From contig JAXLVX010000009.1 in the NCBI GenBank assembly GCA_046328795.1, positions 11,276 to 75,275 of the forward strand: 64,000 bases of DNA. The letters run 5' to 3'. The notes beneath the pieces were generated by a model that had not been told where the DNA came from, did no database searches, and saw only the letters and a program-made list of their open reading frames with translations. This stretch comes from Anaerolineales bacterium. GTDB taxonomy: Bacteria > Chloroflexota > Anaerolineae > Anaerolineales > Villigracilaceae. Positions 10,100 to 21,267 of this stretch are shown here, piece after piece (positions within the stretch are counted from its first letter, which is position 1; each line of letters starts with the position of its first letter). Both the position numbers and the translations under genes were made by a program.

Positions 10100-13000
10100 A
10101 CTTCAGACACTTCCTCTCCATTTACTCGTGCCTAACCACACTACTGGCGCGGACTTGCTGCCTTTGGGATCTCGGCGCTTAGTCAATTATGAGGCGCTGG
10201 GTTCGTTCAAATGGGAGCGGGATAGCGCAAATATTCCGTTCCAGCTTCAGCGATATGATGGTCTCACCTTCTCGCTCGGACGAGTATGTGACAAAATGAG
10301 ATCTGCGTTTGCCAGTACTGCCAAATGATTTTAACTGAGGCGAGTGTCAATCTCGGTTTCGTCGCGTAAGTCTGCAATACGACGATACAGACGCAAGCGC
10401 AAATCTTGATCGGGAATGTACTCGGGCGGGGATCCTGACGGCGAGGAAGGTCAACGTTGACGGGCATGGAGATGGGAAGACTAAAGGATGAAGGATGAAG
10501 GATGAGCGGCAATTCATCCTTCTTTCCTCTTTCTTCTTTCTTCGCATCGCGTGATGCCTCAATCCTCCGAATCTGCCTCACCGCATCCGCCAGCAACCTT
10601 GTGTACAAATGAAACCCAACGGCTTGAATATGTCCCGATTGACGCGTGCCGAGCAGTTCACCCGCGCCGCGAATTTCGAGGTCGCGCATCGCTATCGAAT
10701 AGCCCGCGCCGAGTTGCGTGTTTTCGGCGATCACTTCGAGCCGCTGTTGACCGTCCACGGTGGGGGTCAGCTTGTTGTGGCGAAAAAAGTAGGAGTAGGC
10801 GCGCGCAGCTCCACGTCCGACACGACCGCGCAGTTGATAGAGCTGAGCAAGTCCGAAGGTGTCGGCGCGATCCACGATGAGAGTGTTCGCGTTGGGGATG
10901 TCCAATCCAGATTCGATAATTGTCGTTGAGAGCAAAATATCCGTGTCGCCGTTGTTGAAGCGGTGCATCACATCCGAAAGTTGATTCTCTGGCATCTGCC
11001 CATGACCGATATCCACGTTCGCTTCGGGGACGAGTTGATTGAGATGCGCCTTCATCGCGTCAATGGTTTGGACGCGGTTATGCACGAAGAAAATTTGCCC
11101 GCCGCGTTCGAGTTCGCGCAGGATCGCCTGCCGCACAAGTTTCGGCGAATACGGACCGACATGCGTGACGATGGGCAAGCGTTCCTCGGGCGGCGTGTTG
11201 AGATTCGAAATATCGCGCACGCCCGTGAGCGCCATGTAGAGGGTTCGCGGAATCGGCGTGGCGGTGAGAGTCAACACATCCACTTCGGTGCGAAGTTTTT
11301 TGAGATGCTCTTTGTGCGTGACGCCGAAGCGTTGTTCCTCGTCAATGACCACCAAGCCAAGTTCTTTGAATTGCACATCGCCAGAGATCAAACGATGCGT
11401 GCCGATGACGATGTCAATCTCGCCGATGGCAAGCCCGTGCAAAATTGTCGTTTGCTCGCGCGGAGTTCTAAAACGCGAAAGCATTTCCACTTTTACAGGG
11501 AACGCGGCGAGCCGTTGCAAAAATGTTTCGTAATGTTGTTGCGCCAGAACAGTTGTCGGAACCAAAATCGCAACCTGCTTGCCGTCCATCACGGCTTTGA
11601 ACGCGGCGCGTAACGCGACCTCCGTTTTGCCGTAGCCCACATCGCCGCACAACAAGCGATCCATTGGGCGCGACGATTCCATATCGCGTTTGATGTCGTT
11701 CAACGCGCGCAATTGATCGTCGGTCTCCACATACGGAAACGAATCTTCCAACTCTTTTTGCCACGCGGTATCGGGCTTGAAAGAATATCCCAGCGCAACA
11801 TTTCGCCGCGCATACAAATCCAACATGTCCTGCGCCACTTCCAACACCGCCGCTTTGACACGCCCCTTTTTCTCGTGCCACTCCTGCCCGCCCAAACGAT
11901 CCAACGCGGGCATCGCGCCCTCCGCGCCGACATAACGCGTGAGCCGATCCGCTTGATGCACAGGCACGTACAACTGTCCGCCGCCGTCATATTCCACCGC
12001 GAGAAATTCGCGCGCGTGGTTATCGAGTTCGCGCGTCACCAATCCGCCGAAACGCCCAACGCCGTGATCAATATGCACCACGTAATCGCCCGCGTTCAAA
12101 TCCGCGTACACCGATTCGGGAGTCTCGGCGACGGGTCGCTGGCGCGTGCGCGGTTGCGGGCGTTCCCAGCCGAAGACTTCAGAATCAGAGATTAAGTGCA
12201 GAGATTGGTAATTGGTAAGTGGTAATTGAGGAGAAGAAAGAGAATTAGAGAATTGGAGATTGATGACGAATCCTTCGGACAAAGACGCTTCAATGAATAT
12301 TGGTTTATTGGATTCCGACTCTTCGACATTCGACTCGCCCCAAAGTTCCTCTAACCGTTTGGCTTGACGCGACACAACGACAACCGCTTCTTTTCTCGAC
12401 GTGAGGTCTGCCACGCGCTCGGCGAACTGTTTCAATCTTCCAGCGAATCGCTCGTCATGACCAAAGCAGGAAGCCAAAGAATTCTCTAATTCTCTAGTCT
12501 CCAGTCTCTCTTCCCCCGAATATCAAACTCAATGAAGGATTTTGTATGCGCATCATACAACTCCGACCTGGCACATACGGCAGCGGAAACTCAGCGGACA
12601 ATGTTTCTTCCGCGATACTATCACTGAAAACGCTGCTGTTGCTCTCCGGTACATTTCTCCCGCCATCAGTCGTCATCCATTTATCATCGGCTCCAGCAGC
12701 AGCGCAGAGAAATAATCAATGACCTCGCTGAATTTGCAGGTAAGTGAGAGAATATGGTCGGTGGACTAATTTCATATTCCATGTTTGTTTCGAATATTTC
12801 TTACTGGGCATGACGGATGATCCAATTTCTCAATAATCATTGGAGGAACCGGATCGAGCTTGCGGAATCATTTCAATCTCGTCTTGAAAATCCAACGGTA
12901 TCCTCTTCAACGGTACGGATATCTTGAAATACCATACGGAAGATTGTCAAGCTCAACCACAATTGTTGACGCGTTAAATGTAGAATCTCACCTTTATCCC

Positions 13001-13468
13001 CAACAATATCGAATGAACCGGATGACCAATGGCTCATTTTACTTTTGAGAAGTCTATGCAGCGCGGTATAATATCAATAAACAGGCAGAAGTGATGACTC
13101 AATTGTGAAGAACAGATTTTGGTGTTGATAAATGGTAATTTGCAAAATCGCTTATCGCCTTCCAGCAGATGTGCGGCAGGTAGTCGCCCACGAACGCTCG
13201 CCAGCGCAGCGCCAGACCAGTTCCGCCAGATAAAGTAGCGCAGCGACTTGACCCAAAATCCCAACTCATCGAACATGGACAACGCGTGGTCGGCGCGGTC
13301 GGTGATGAAGAGATCGGCTGTTTGATATCTTCGAGCAGCGCCGCAAGGACAGGCAATCGCGCGGCGCGCGGCGTCCCAACCCAGCGATTTGTTTTCCGCC
13401 TTTAAACTGAGTCAGCGGGTTCTACCCGATGCCGAGGAGCGAACGGATGTTATTGGAATCAATTCCAT
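10100..13468 (-). CDS. mfd: Transcription-repair coupling factor; core intact at 10264-12477, N- and C-terminal parts frameshifted or garbled (ends approximate)
   Basis: GDYVVHIDHGVG (CarD-like RID), GDVGYGKT, DEEQRFG, TATPIPRT, QLRGRVGR and DLEIRGAG; an out-of-frame C-terminal YIPDQDLRLRLYRRIA; N-terminal fragments near 13100-13470. Confidence 0.9.
10483..10543. repeat. In-frame inverted 7-mer array inside mfd
   Basis: (AAGGATG)x3..CATCCTT CTTTCCT CTTTCTT CTTTCTT encodes KKEERGKKDELPLILHPSSF. Confidence 0.85.
12200..12262. repeat. In-frame 7-mer array inside mfd
   Basis: GGTAATT/GAGAATT units encode NLQFSNSLSSPQLPLTNYQSL. Confidence 0.8.
12478..12510. repeat. In-frame 7-mer array inside mfd
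   Basis: ATTCTCT/AGTCTCT-type units read ERLETRELENS in the mfd core frame. Confidence 0.7.
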
Positions 13469-13683
13469 AAATACGCTATTACAAGGCAACTCCGAAGGGT
13501 AAAATGACTATAGATATTGCAGACGGTTATTGTCAACCCGAAGAAGTGTCATAATTTCAGCGTAGATCATGTCATCCCTTCGGGATTTGGGGTACGGTGC
13601 GCGGAGTCTACAATCGTTTCATCCCTTCGGGATTATTGTCGCAGTGATCTCGAACTATTCAGCGTAACATAAATTGGTTTACC

Positions 13684-13735
13684 GTAGTAACGACTTCAGT
13701 CGTTTTTTTGCAACAACGACTGAAGTCGCCACTAC
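13684..13735. repeat. GTAG-headed REP doublet, family 1
   Basis: Arms nearly identical to the 7508 copy. Confidence 0.9.
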
Positions 13736-13779
13736 GATGTCAGGCAATCATGGTTACTCGGAATGATCTCTAGTCATCT

Positions 13780-14364
13780 AGTCTCTAGTCTGCGTCGCCG
13801 TGGAAACTTATTCATCGCCGCATTCAAACCATTCACCACAAATTCCAACGCGGCGTCGGCGGCGCGGTCGAGGAGTTCGGAGAGAGATTTCAGATCGTCG
13901 CGCGAGAAATTTTGCAGGACGTAGTCGGCAGGATCCATACGACGGGCGGGCGACCGATGCCGAGTCTCATGCGGGGAATGTCTTTCGTGCCAGTTTCTCC
14001 AAAATGGACGATAAACCGCGCTGACCGCGGAGTCCGCCTGCGAACGCGGATACGGATAGTGCCGAAAGGGAAGATCAAGATCATCAGGAAGGATCATCAG
14101 AAGTTTTCGTTGGGAATCTTGTAGAAGTGAGCCAGTCCCTGCACCGATTGACCTGAAGAGATTCATGTAGGTCTGCGGCAGCAAGGATGAGTTTGTGGTC
14201 TTCATATTTCAGATCCATCACGATGGCTTTCGATTACCGTATCCCGCGCGCGCGTTGAGCCGCACGGCGAGGCGGTCAATTGCCATGAAGCCGAAGTTGT
14301 GCCGCGTGTTGGCGTATTCACGTCCTGGGTTGCCGAGACCGATGAGGAGGAAGGGGTTTGTCAT
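13780..14364 (-). CDS. pth: Peptidyl-tRNA hydrolase, frameshifted (end approximate)
   Basis: [45 protein letters not shown] and [11 protein letters not shown] across frames. Confidence 0.9.
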
Positions 14365-14375
14365 AAAAGAGTTCC

Positions 14376-14449
14376 GTAATTGGTAAATGGTAATTCGTAA
14401 TTAGAGACTGGAGATTGGAGACTGGAGAATTAGAGAGTTAGAGAATTGG
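14376..14449. repeat. Intergenic 7-mer tandem array
   Basis: GTAATTG GTAAATG GTAATTC GTAATTA GAGACTG GAGATTG GAGACTG GAGAATT.. Confidence 0.9.
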
Positions 14450-15056
14450 TTATGTTTGGCGGAGGCGGAGGAGGATGAGGAGAAAATAAATAGAGACAGG
14501 ATGACACGGTGCGCGCTCCGCGGCCGAGTGAGGATGGTGGTTGAATTCAATGAGGCGGGATTGGGCGGCTGTGGCGTCGGGGTGGGGCGCGGGATTTCGG
14601 TGGAGTTAGCCGAGGCGGCGAGGAGGGAATGGGGTTGGAACTTGGAATCCGATAGGATTCAGATGTGGCAGTGACAACAGGCGATTAGGTCAATATCGGC
14701 GCGTCGTTTTGGATGGTGATGGGAGCGGTCACGTCTTGGAATGTGCCATCGGCGAGGGTCACGCGCAAGCGCAGGATGTAGTCACCGTCTGTGATGGAGG
14801 CGGTGTTCCAGAGGTAGAGAGGCGAATCAAGCGCGGGCTGAGATAACGTCGCTAGGGGGAACCAGCTATCGGCGTTGTCCGAAGCGTATTTGAAATCCAG
14901 TTGAGCCGAGAAAAAGTTCGGAATATCCGTCGAGCCGATGATGGTTATTTCCCCGCGTAAAACTTCGCCTGACGCGGGAGAGGTGATCGCTACGGGCGGC
15001 GAATCCTGCGCGGCGAGGAGGAGCAAAACGAAGGGGAGAAAGAGGCGAATCTTCAT
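14450..15056 (-). CDS. Hypothetical exported protein with Ig-like domain, Thr/Pro linker and C-terminal TM, frameshifted
   Basis: Signal peptide, ITSPASGEVLRGEITIIGS and WNTASITDGDYILRLRV. Confidence 0.65.
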
Positions 15057-15116
15057 TAGTCGAACGTTCAAGTTTAACACGAAGAGAAATGAGGGTCAAA
15101 TTTCATGATGAACGAA

Positions 15117-15149
15117 AACCTTGCGAAGGTTTTAAACCTTCGCAAGGTT
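15117..15149. repeat. 33-nt double-hairpin palindrome
   Basis: AACCTTGCGAAGGTTT-T-AAACCTTCGCAAGGTT; copy at 24895-24928 and related element at 18742. Confidence 0.9.
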
Positions 15150-15198
15150 GGCAAAAGAAATATGGTAAACTTTGGCAGATAATTTTAGGAGAATCGTT

Positions 15199-15573
15199 AT
15201 GACAAAATCCCGCTCCGACCAGATGGTTGAACGCCTGCGCAACATGCAAGCCGCCGCGCCCGATATCGAGGCTTCGGCGGTTGTTTCTGTGGACGGGTTG
15301 ATCATGGCGTCTGCACTGCAACAAGGCGTGGAGGAAGATCGCGTGTCGGCGATGTCGGCGGCGATGCTTTCACTCGGCGAGCGCATCTCCACCGAGTTGG
15401 GACGCGCGGGCTTGGAACAGGTGTACATCAAAGGCGACGCGGGCTCGATCGTGCTGACCTCCATCGGCGACGAAGCGGTTCTCACCGCGATGGCGCGGCA
15501 GGATGCCAAACTCGGCATGATCTTCCTTGAGATGCGCCGCGCCGCAGAAGACATCGTAAAGCTGGTCGGATGA
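15199..15573 (+). CDS. Roadblock/LC7 domain protein (MglB-like)
   Basis: ASAVVSVDGLIMAS, DRVSAMSAAMLSLGER and AKLGMIFLEMRRAA; SD AGGAG. Confidence 0.9.
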   Translation: MTKSRSDQMVERLRNMQAAAPDIEASAVVSVDGLIMASALQQGVEEDRVSAMSAAMLSLGERISTELGRAGLEQVYIKGDAGSIVLTSIGDEAVLTAMARQDAKLGMIFLEMRRAAEDIVKLVG

Positions 15574-15611
15574 AGACGAAAAACTGCCAACAATTTGGAA
15601 ATGCAATCCCC

Positions 15612-15647
15612 AACGGGGAGGGCTGAAACGCCCTCCCCGTTTCTTTT
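15612..15647 (+). terminator. Rho-independent terminator
   Basis: aacggggagggc..gccctccccgtt followed by T-rich tail. Confidence 0.7.
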
Positions 15648-15663
15648 AATGGTGTGAGTATTT

Positions 15664-17337
<1,674 letters not shown>

Positions 17338-17340
<3 letters not shown>

Positions 17341-17462
17341 AAGAAGTGATCAGTGAGTAGTGAGCAGTAATCAGGTGGTCGAGTAGTGACGCCGTTCGTT
17401 GGCGTCACGTATCGAGACCACCTGATGCGGTCAAAAAGACTTCCGATTTCTCGGAAGTCTTT
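17338..17462. repeat. Repeat cluster: 7-mer array, GGTCGAG-type palindrome (17370-17426) and AAGACTTCCGA hairpin
   Basis: AGTGATC AGTGAGT AGTGAGC AGTAATC; ATCAGGTGGTCGAG..TCGAGACCACCTGAT; AAGACTTCCGA-TTTC-TCGGAAGTCTT. Confidence 0.8.
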
Positions 17463-17514
17463 TTGATTCGAGTGTTATTTTTTTCTTCTTTGCCGTTTTC
17501 TTTTTCGACGAAAC

Positions 17515-18321
17515 TCACTTAGGTGCGGATTTCACATCGCCAGCCTTCTTCGCCAATACTTCCGCAGCCGCAGGAACTGGAGACTCGGCTTGATACGCGC
17601 TGCGCAATTGCACAGGCTCGGAGCGTTGGCGCATCCGCAGGTTTAGGGTTTCCACCATCACAGAGAAGCCCATCGCAAAATAGATATATCCCTTCGGGAT
17701 GTGCACGCCAAGACTTTCGACGACCAGCGTGAAACCGATCAACAGCAAGAAACTGAGCGCGAGCATCTTGATCGTGGGATGTCCCTCGACAAAATTACTG
17801 AGCGGGGCTGCGAGGAAGATCATCACCAAAGCGGCGATGATGACAGCCGCGATCATGATCGGCAACTCATCCACCATGCCGACGGCGGTGATGACCGAAT
17901 CAAGCGAGAAGACGATATCCAACAGCATGATCTGAACGATCACGCTCCAAAACGAGGCGTGGACTTTCGCAGAGGCATGCCCTTCGGAGCCTTCCAGTTT
18001 CTCGTGAATTTCGCGCGTGGCTTTCCAGATCAAGAAAATGCCGCCCGCCAGAAGGACGATGTCGCGCTCCGAAAGGGTATAGCCCATCACGGAGATGATT
18101 GGATCCTTGAGATTGATGATCCACGAGAGCGAGAACAATAGCATCAAACGCGTGATCACCGCCAACAAGATGCCCGTGGTGCGCGCGCGAGACTGGTCTG
18201 CAACGGGCAATTTACCCGCCAGAATTGAAATGAAGATAATGTTATCCACGCCGAGGACGAGCTCCAACACAACGAGCGTGAGGAACGCGATCCACGTTTG
18301 GGGTTGTAAAAGCCATTCCAT
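17515..18321 (-). CDS. TerC family membrane protein
   Basis: LELVLGVDNIIFISIL, DIVFSLDSVITAVG and IPKGYIYFAMGFS. Confidence 0.95.
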   Translation of the reverse strand: MEWLLQPQTWIAFLTLVVLELVLGVDNIIFISILAGKLPVADQSRARTTGILLAVITRLMLLFSLSWIINLKDPIISVMGYTLSERDIVLLAGGIFLIWKATREIHEKLEGSEGHASAKVHASFWSVIVQIMLLDIVFSLDSVITAVGMVDELPIMIAAVIIAALVMIFLAAPLSNFVEGHPTIKMLALSFLLLIGFTLVVESLGVHIPKGYIYFAMGFSVMVETLNLRMRQRSEPVQLRSAYQAESPVPAAAEVLAKKAGDVKSAPK

Positions 18322-18422
18322 GTAAGACTCCTATAATTGAATGCGGCGAAGTATACCCGAACAAGAGCCTCTCTCAAAGTGAAAAATAAAGAATTCTAAC
18401 GAGATGCTATAATGCGCAACAT

Positions 18423-18470
18423 GTGATCTCGATACGATGGCGAAATACCGTCGCCATCTACTCGATCACC
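18423..18470. repeat. GGTCGAG-type palindrome
   Basis: GTGATCTCGATACGATGGCGA..TCGCCATCTACTCGATCAC; same scaffold as 17370 and 43651. Confidence 0.7.
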
Positions 18471-18478
18471 GTGATCAT

Positions 18479-19294
18479 ATGCAACTCACCACCCTTTCCC
18501 AATCATCCCTGCAAGATTACGTGGATTGCGCGCGGCGATTCCAGCTCCGCTATGTGGAGCGGCTCGCCTATCCCGCCGTCGAGTCGGAGCCTGCGCTGGA
18601 AAACGAACAGCATCAGCGCGAGGGTGAATTTTTTCATCGTCTCGCTCAACAATATCTCATTGGGATTCCGAACGAGCAAGTAAGCAAACTGGCGAACACT
18701 CCGAACCTGCAACGCTGGTGGGAGAATTTTTCAAACACAATAGACCTGTTAGGTTTTAAAAACCTAACAGGTCTTTACCCCGAAGCCACCCTCTCCGCGC
18801 CGTTGGGAAACTTTCGCCTGCTCGCCAAATACGATCTGATCGCCATCCGCGAAAACAAAGCCGTCATCTACGATTGGAAGACTTATCGCAAACGTCCGCG
18901 CAATGAATGGCTTGCCGCGCGGATGCAGACCCGCGTATATCGCGCGCTGCTCGTCCATGCGGGAGCGCACCTCAACGGCGGTCGTCCCTTCGAACCCGAA
19001 CAGATCGAGATGGTCTACTGGTTCGCCGATTTCCCCAACGACCCCGCGCGATTCGCGTACACCTCCGCGCAATACAAACGGGATTGGGACTCGCTCCTCA
19101 AACTTGCGGATGAAATACAGACCGCTTCATCCTACCCTCTAACTGACGACGCCACCCGCTGCCTTTACTGCCCTTACAGATCGTACTGCGAGCGCGGCGT
19201 CCGCGCAGGGGACGTGGGCGACGCAGAAGCGGAGACCGAAGCGGAAGAATTGTTCGATGTCAACTTCGAGCAGGTGGGCGAGATCGCTTTTTAA
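18479..19294 (+). CDS. PD-(D/E)XK nuclease family protein (RecB/Cas4-like), stand-alone
   Basis: SQSSLQDYVDC, KYDLI..IYDWKT, QTRVY and C-terminal CLYCPYRSYC cluster. Confidence 0.85.
   Translation: MQLTTLSQSSLQDYVDCARRFQLRYVERLAYPAVESEPALENEQHQREGEFFHRLAQQYLIGIPNEQVSKLANTPNLQRWWENFSNTIDLLGFKNLTGLYPEATLSAPLGNFRLLAKYDLIAIRENKAVIYDWKTYRKRPRNEWLAARMQTRVYRALLVHAGAHLNGGRPFEPEQIEMVYWFADFPNDPARFAYTSAQYKRDWDSLLKLADEIQTASSYPLTDDATRCLYCPYRSYCERGVRAGDVGDAEAETEAEELFDVNFEQVGEIAF
18742..18774. repeat. 33-nt perfect palindrome inserted in frame in the nuclease gene
   Basis: AGACCTGTTAGGTTTT-A-AAAACCTAACAGGTCT, length 33 (11 codons). Confidence 0.9.
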
Positions 19295-19297
19295 ACT

Positions 19298-19324
19298 GTA
19301 GGACAAATTGGCAATTTGTCCTAC
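19298..19324. repeat. Short GTAG-headed palindrome overlapping the stop of the next gene
   Basis: GTAGGACAAATTG-G-CAATTTGTCCTAC. Confidence 0.75.
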
Positions 19325-20203
19325 GGCACATACACCCCAATATGATTCGCAACTGGGCGTTCTCTGCCGGGGATGTAATTATCAATCGGGGAATTTAGAA
19401 CCACAGGCTCGCCGTTTTCACCCTCAACCACCAGCGTGGACGACCACTCCCCCATCGAGGCTCATCGCGGTATACACGCCGTGATCTATCAGCAGTTGCG
19501 CGAGGTCGGCAAAGGTGATGCCCGCGCTGTAAAACGGCTGGCGACCATCCACAACGACGAGGTACACGTAGCGTCCGTTTTGTTCAACCCAATCGCCGTG
19601 CGCGGATCGAGCGCGGGTCATCCAAACCCGAAACTGGCTGTCCTTGCAACGACCATCCTATCGCCTGAGATCGCGCTGCTTAGCGGACTCGATTCGGCTT
19701 GTCGTTGAAACTGAACGCGGTTGCGGCGGCTGATGTACAGCGTGGGACGTTCGCCCTCGTCAACTCGATACCTTCCAGTAATCATCGCCGTTCGAGGCGG
19801 TGAACCCCAGCGGCGCGACGGGATCGCCCGCGTGCGGATAATAATCCGCGGGGCCGCGCGACCACCACGGAGTGAAACCGTCACCGTTGACGGCGATCTG
19901 CAAACCAAACTCATCGAGGAATTGCGACGTTGTCCGCGCGTTCAGGCGTTTCACTTTCGAGTCAGCGGGCGTCACGAGGAATTGAATCCCCTTCGTCTTT
20001 GTGTCAATCTTGATAATGTGAGCGATCGTTGCGCTGGGAAAGTATTTCACCACGCGTTGATACGTCACGCCTTCGTAGAGGGTTTCTTTGGCTGGGATGG
20101 GCGCGGGTCTGTTTCTTCCGAGGAAAGCGAAATATCCCCCCACGAACAAAACAACCGCCACGATGATCGCAACGCTAACCCTTGCGATTTTTCTTTTCTT
20201 CAT
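19321..20203 (-). CDS. Phosphodiester glycosidase (NAGPA-like) family protein, frameshifted
   Basis: N-terminal TM, QIAVNGDGF, LVVVDGRQP, AMSLDGG and ERPVANHIGV across frames. Confidence 0.8.
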
Positions 20204-20225
20204 AATGAGATTCGTAAACAGCATA

Positions 20226-20284
20226 ATTACTAATTACCACTTACTGATTACTATTTACTGATCACTGCTTACTGATCGCTGATA
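20226..20284. repeat. Intergenic 7-mer tandem array
   Basis: ATTACTA ATTACCA CTTACTG ATTACTA TTTACTG ATCACTG CTTACTG ATCGCTG. Confidence 0.9.
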
Positions 20285-20298
20285 ACTTTTTCACTCCT

Positions 20299-21179
20299 CT
20301 ACACCACCGCTTCCTCCTCCGCCAACCTCATCGTCTTGAACGACTCGATCGCCACCTCCAGCATGGATGTGTCAGGTTCGCGCGTGGTGAGGATTGCAAA
20401 AATACGGTCGGTTTGATGATGAAGCGCACGAAATGATTGGTCAAGTTGTTCGCCGTCCAGCGGATGAATTCAACGGCAAGTCCCGCAATGACGGGGATCA
20501 ACAGCACGCGGCTCGCAAGTCGCCACCAAAACTCCATATCACCGAGCAGACTGTGAACGAGAACGGAGAGCAGGACGAACGTCAGTAAGAACGCCGTTCC
20601 ACAGCGCGGATGTTCGAGCGGAAATTTTGCCACATTCTCCGGCGTGAGTTCCACGCCCGCTTCGTAGGCATTGATCGTCTTATGCTCCGCGCCGTGATAG
20701 CCAAACAGACGTTTGACGTCAGGCATGAATCCAATTCCCCAAATGTAGCCGACGAGCAGAATAGACATCACCAAGCCTTCAAGCAAGTTGTGCGCGAGGT
20801 TATGCCAGCCGAGGTAATATTCCGCGGCGCCGCCCACGCTCGCAGGGAGCAGAACAAACAGCCCGATCCCAATCGCCAGCGACGTTGCAAGCGTGAGATA
20901 CAACGCGGGACCTTCGAGTTTTTCCTCTTCGCCTGTTTGCGTGTTGGCAGAAATAGTCAGCGCGCGCATCCCTAAGCCGAGCGCGTCCCATAACAGGATC
21001 GTGCCGCGCAAAAACGGAATCTTCGCAATGCGCGAACGATAGACCGCCGCAAGATTTTCCTTGTGAACGACGATGTTGCCGTCGGGCGCGCGCATGGCAA
21101 TGGCGAACGCTTTTTGTCCGCGCATCATCACGCCTTCGATGACGGCTTGCCCGCCGTAGGTAATGATCTTATCTTCCAT
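20299..21179 (-). CDS. DUF1385 domain membrane protein, with a frameshift near the 3' end
   Basis: YGGQAVIEGVMMRG, YHGAEHKTINAYE and HPRCGTAF; the TREPD tail is in another frame. Confidence 0.9.
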
Positions 21180-21188
21180 TTTTTGATT

Positions 21189-21265
21189 CACCACAAAGGA
21201 CACGAAGAACACAAAGGAAAACCTTTGGGTTTAATACCTTCGTGACCTTTGTGTCCTTTGTGTTT
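21189..21265. repeat. Inverted 9-mer tandem array
   Basis: CACAAAGGA CACGAAGAA CACAAAGGA..CCTTCGTGA CCTTTGTGT CCTTTGTGT. Confidence 0.85.
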
Positions 21266-21267
21266 AA

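Noticed and set aside
18322-18420. yybP-ykoY (Mn) riboswitch upstream of terC
   Set aside because: The leader is short and lacks recognisable conserved riboswitch elements
18479-19294. Cas4 or defence nuclease
   Set aside because: Host-like composition, housekeeping context and no cas neighbours; only the PD-(D/E)XK superfamily call is supported
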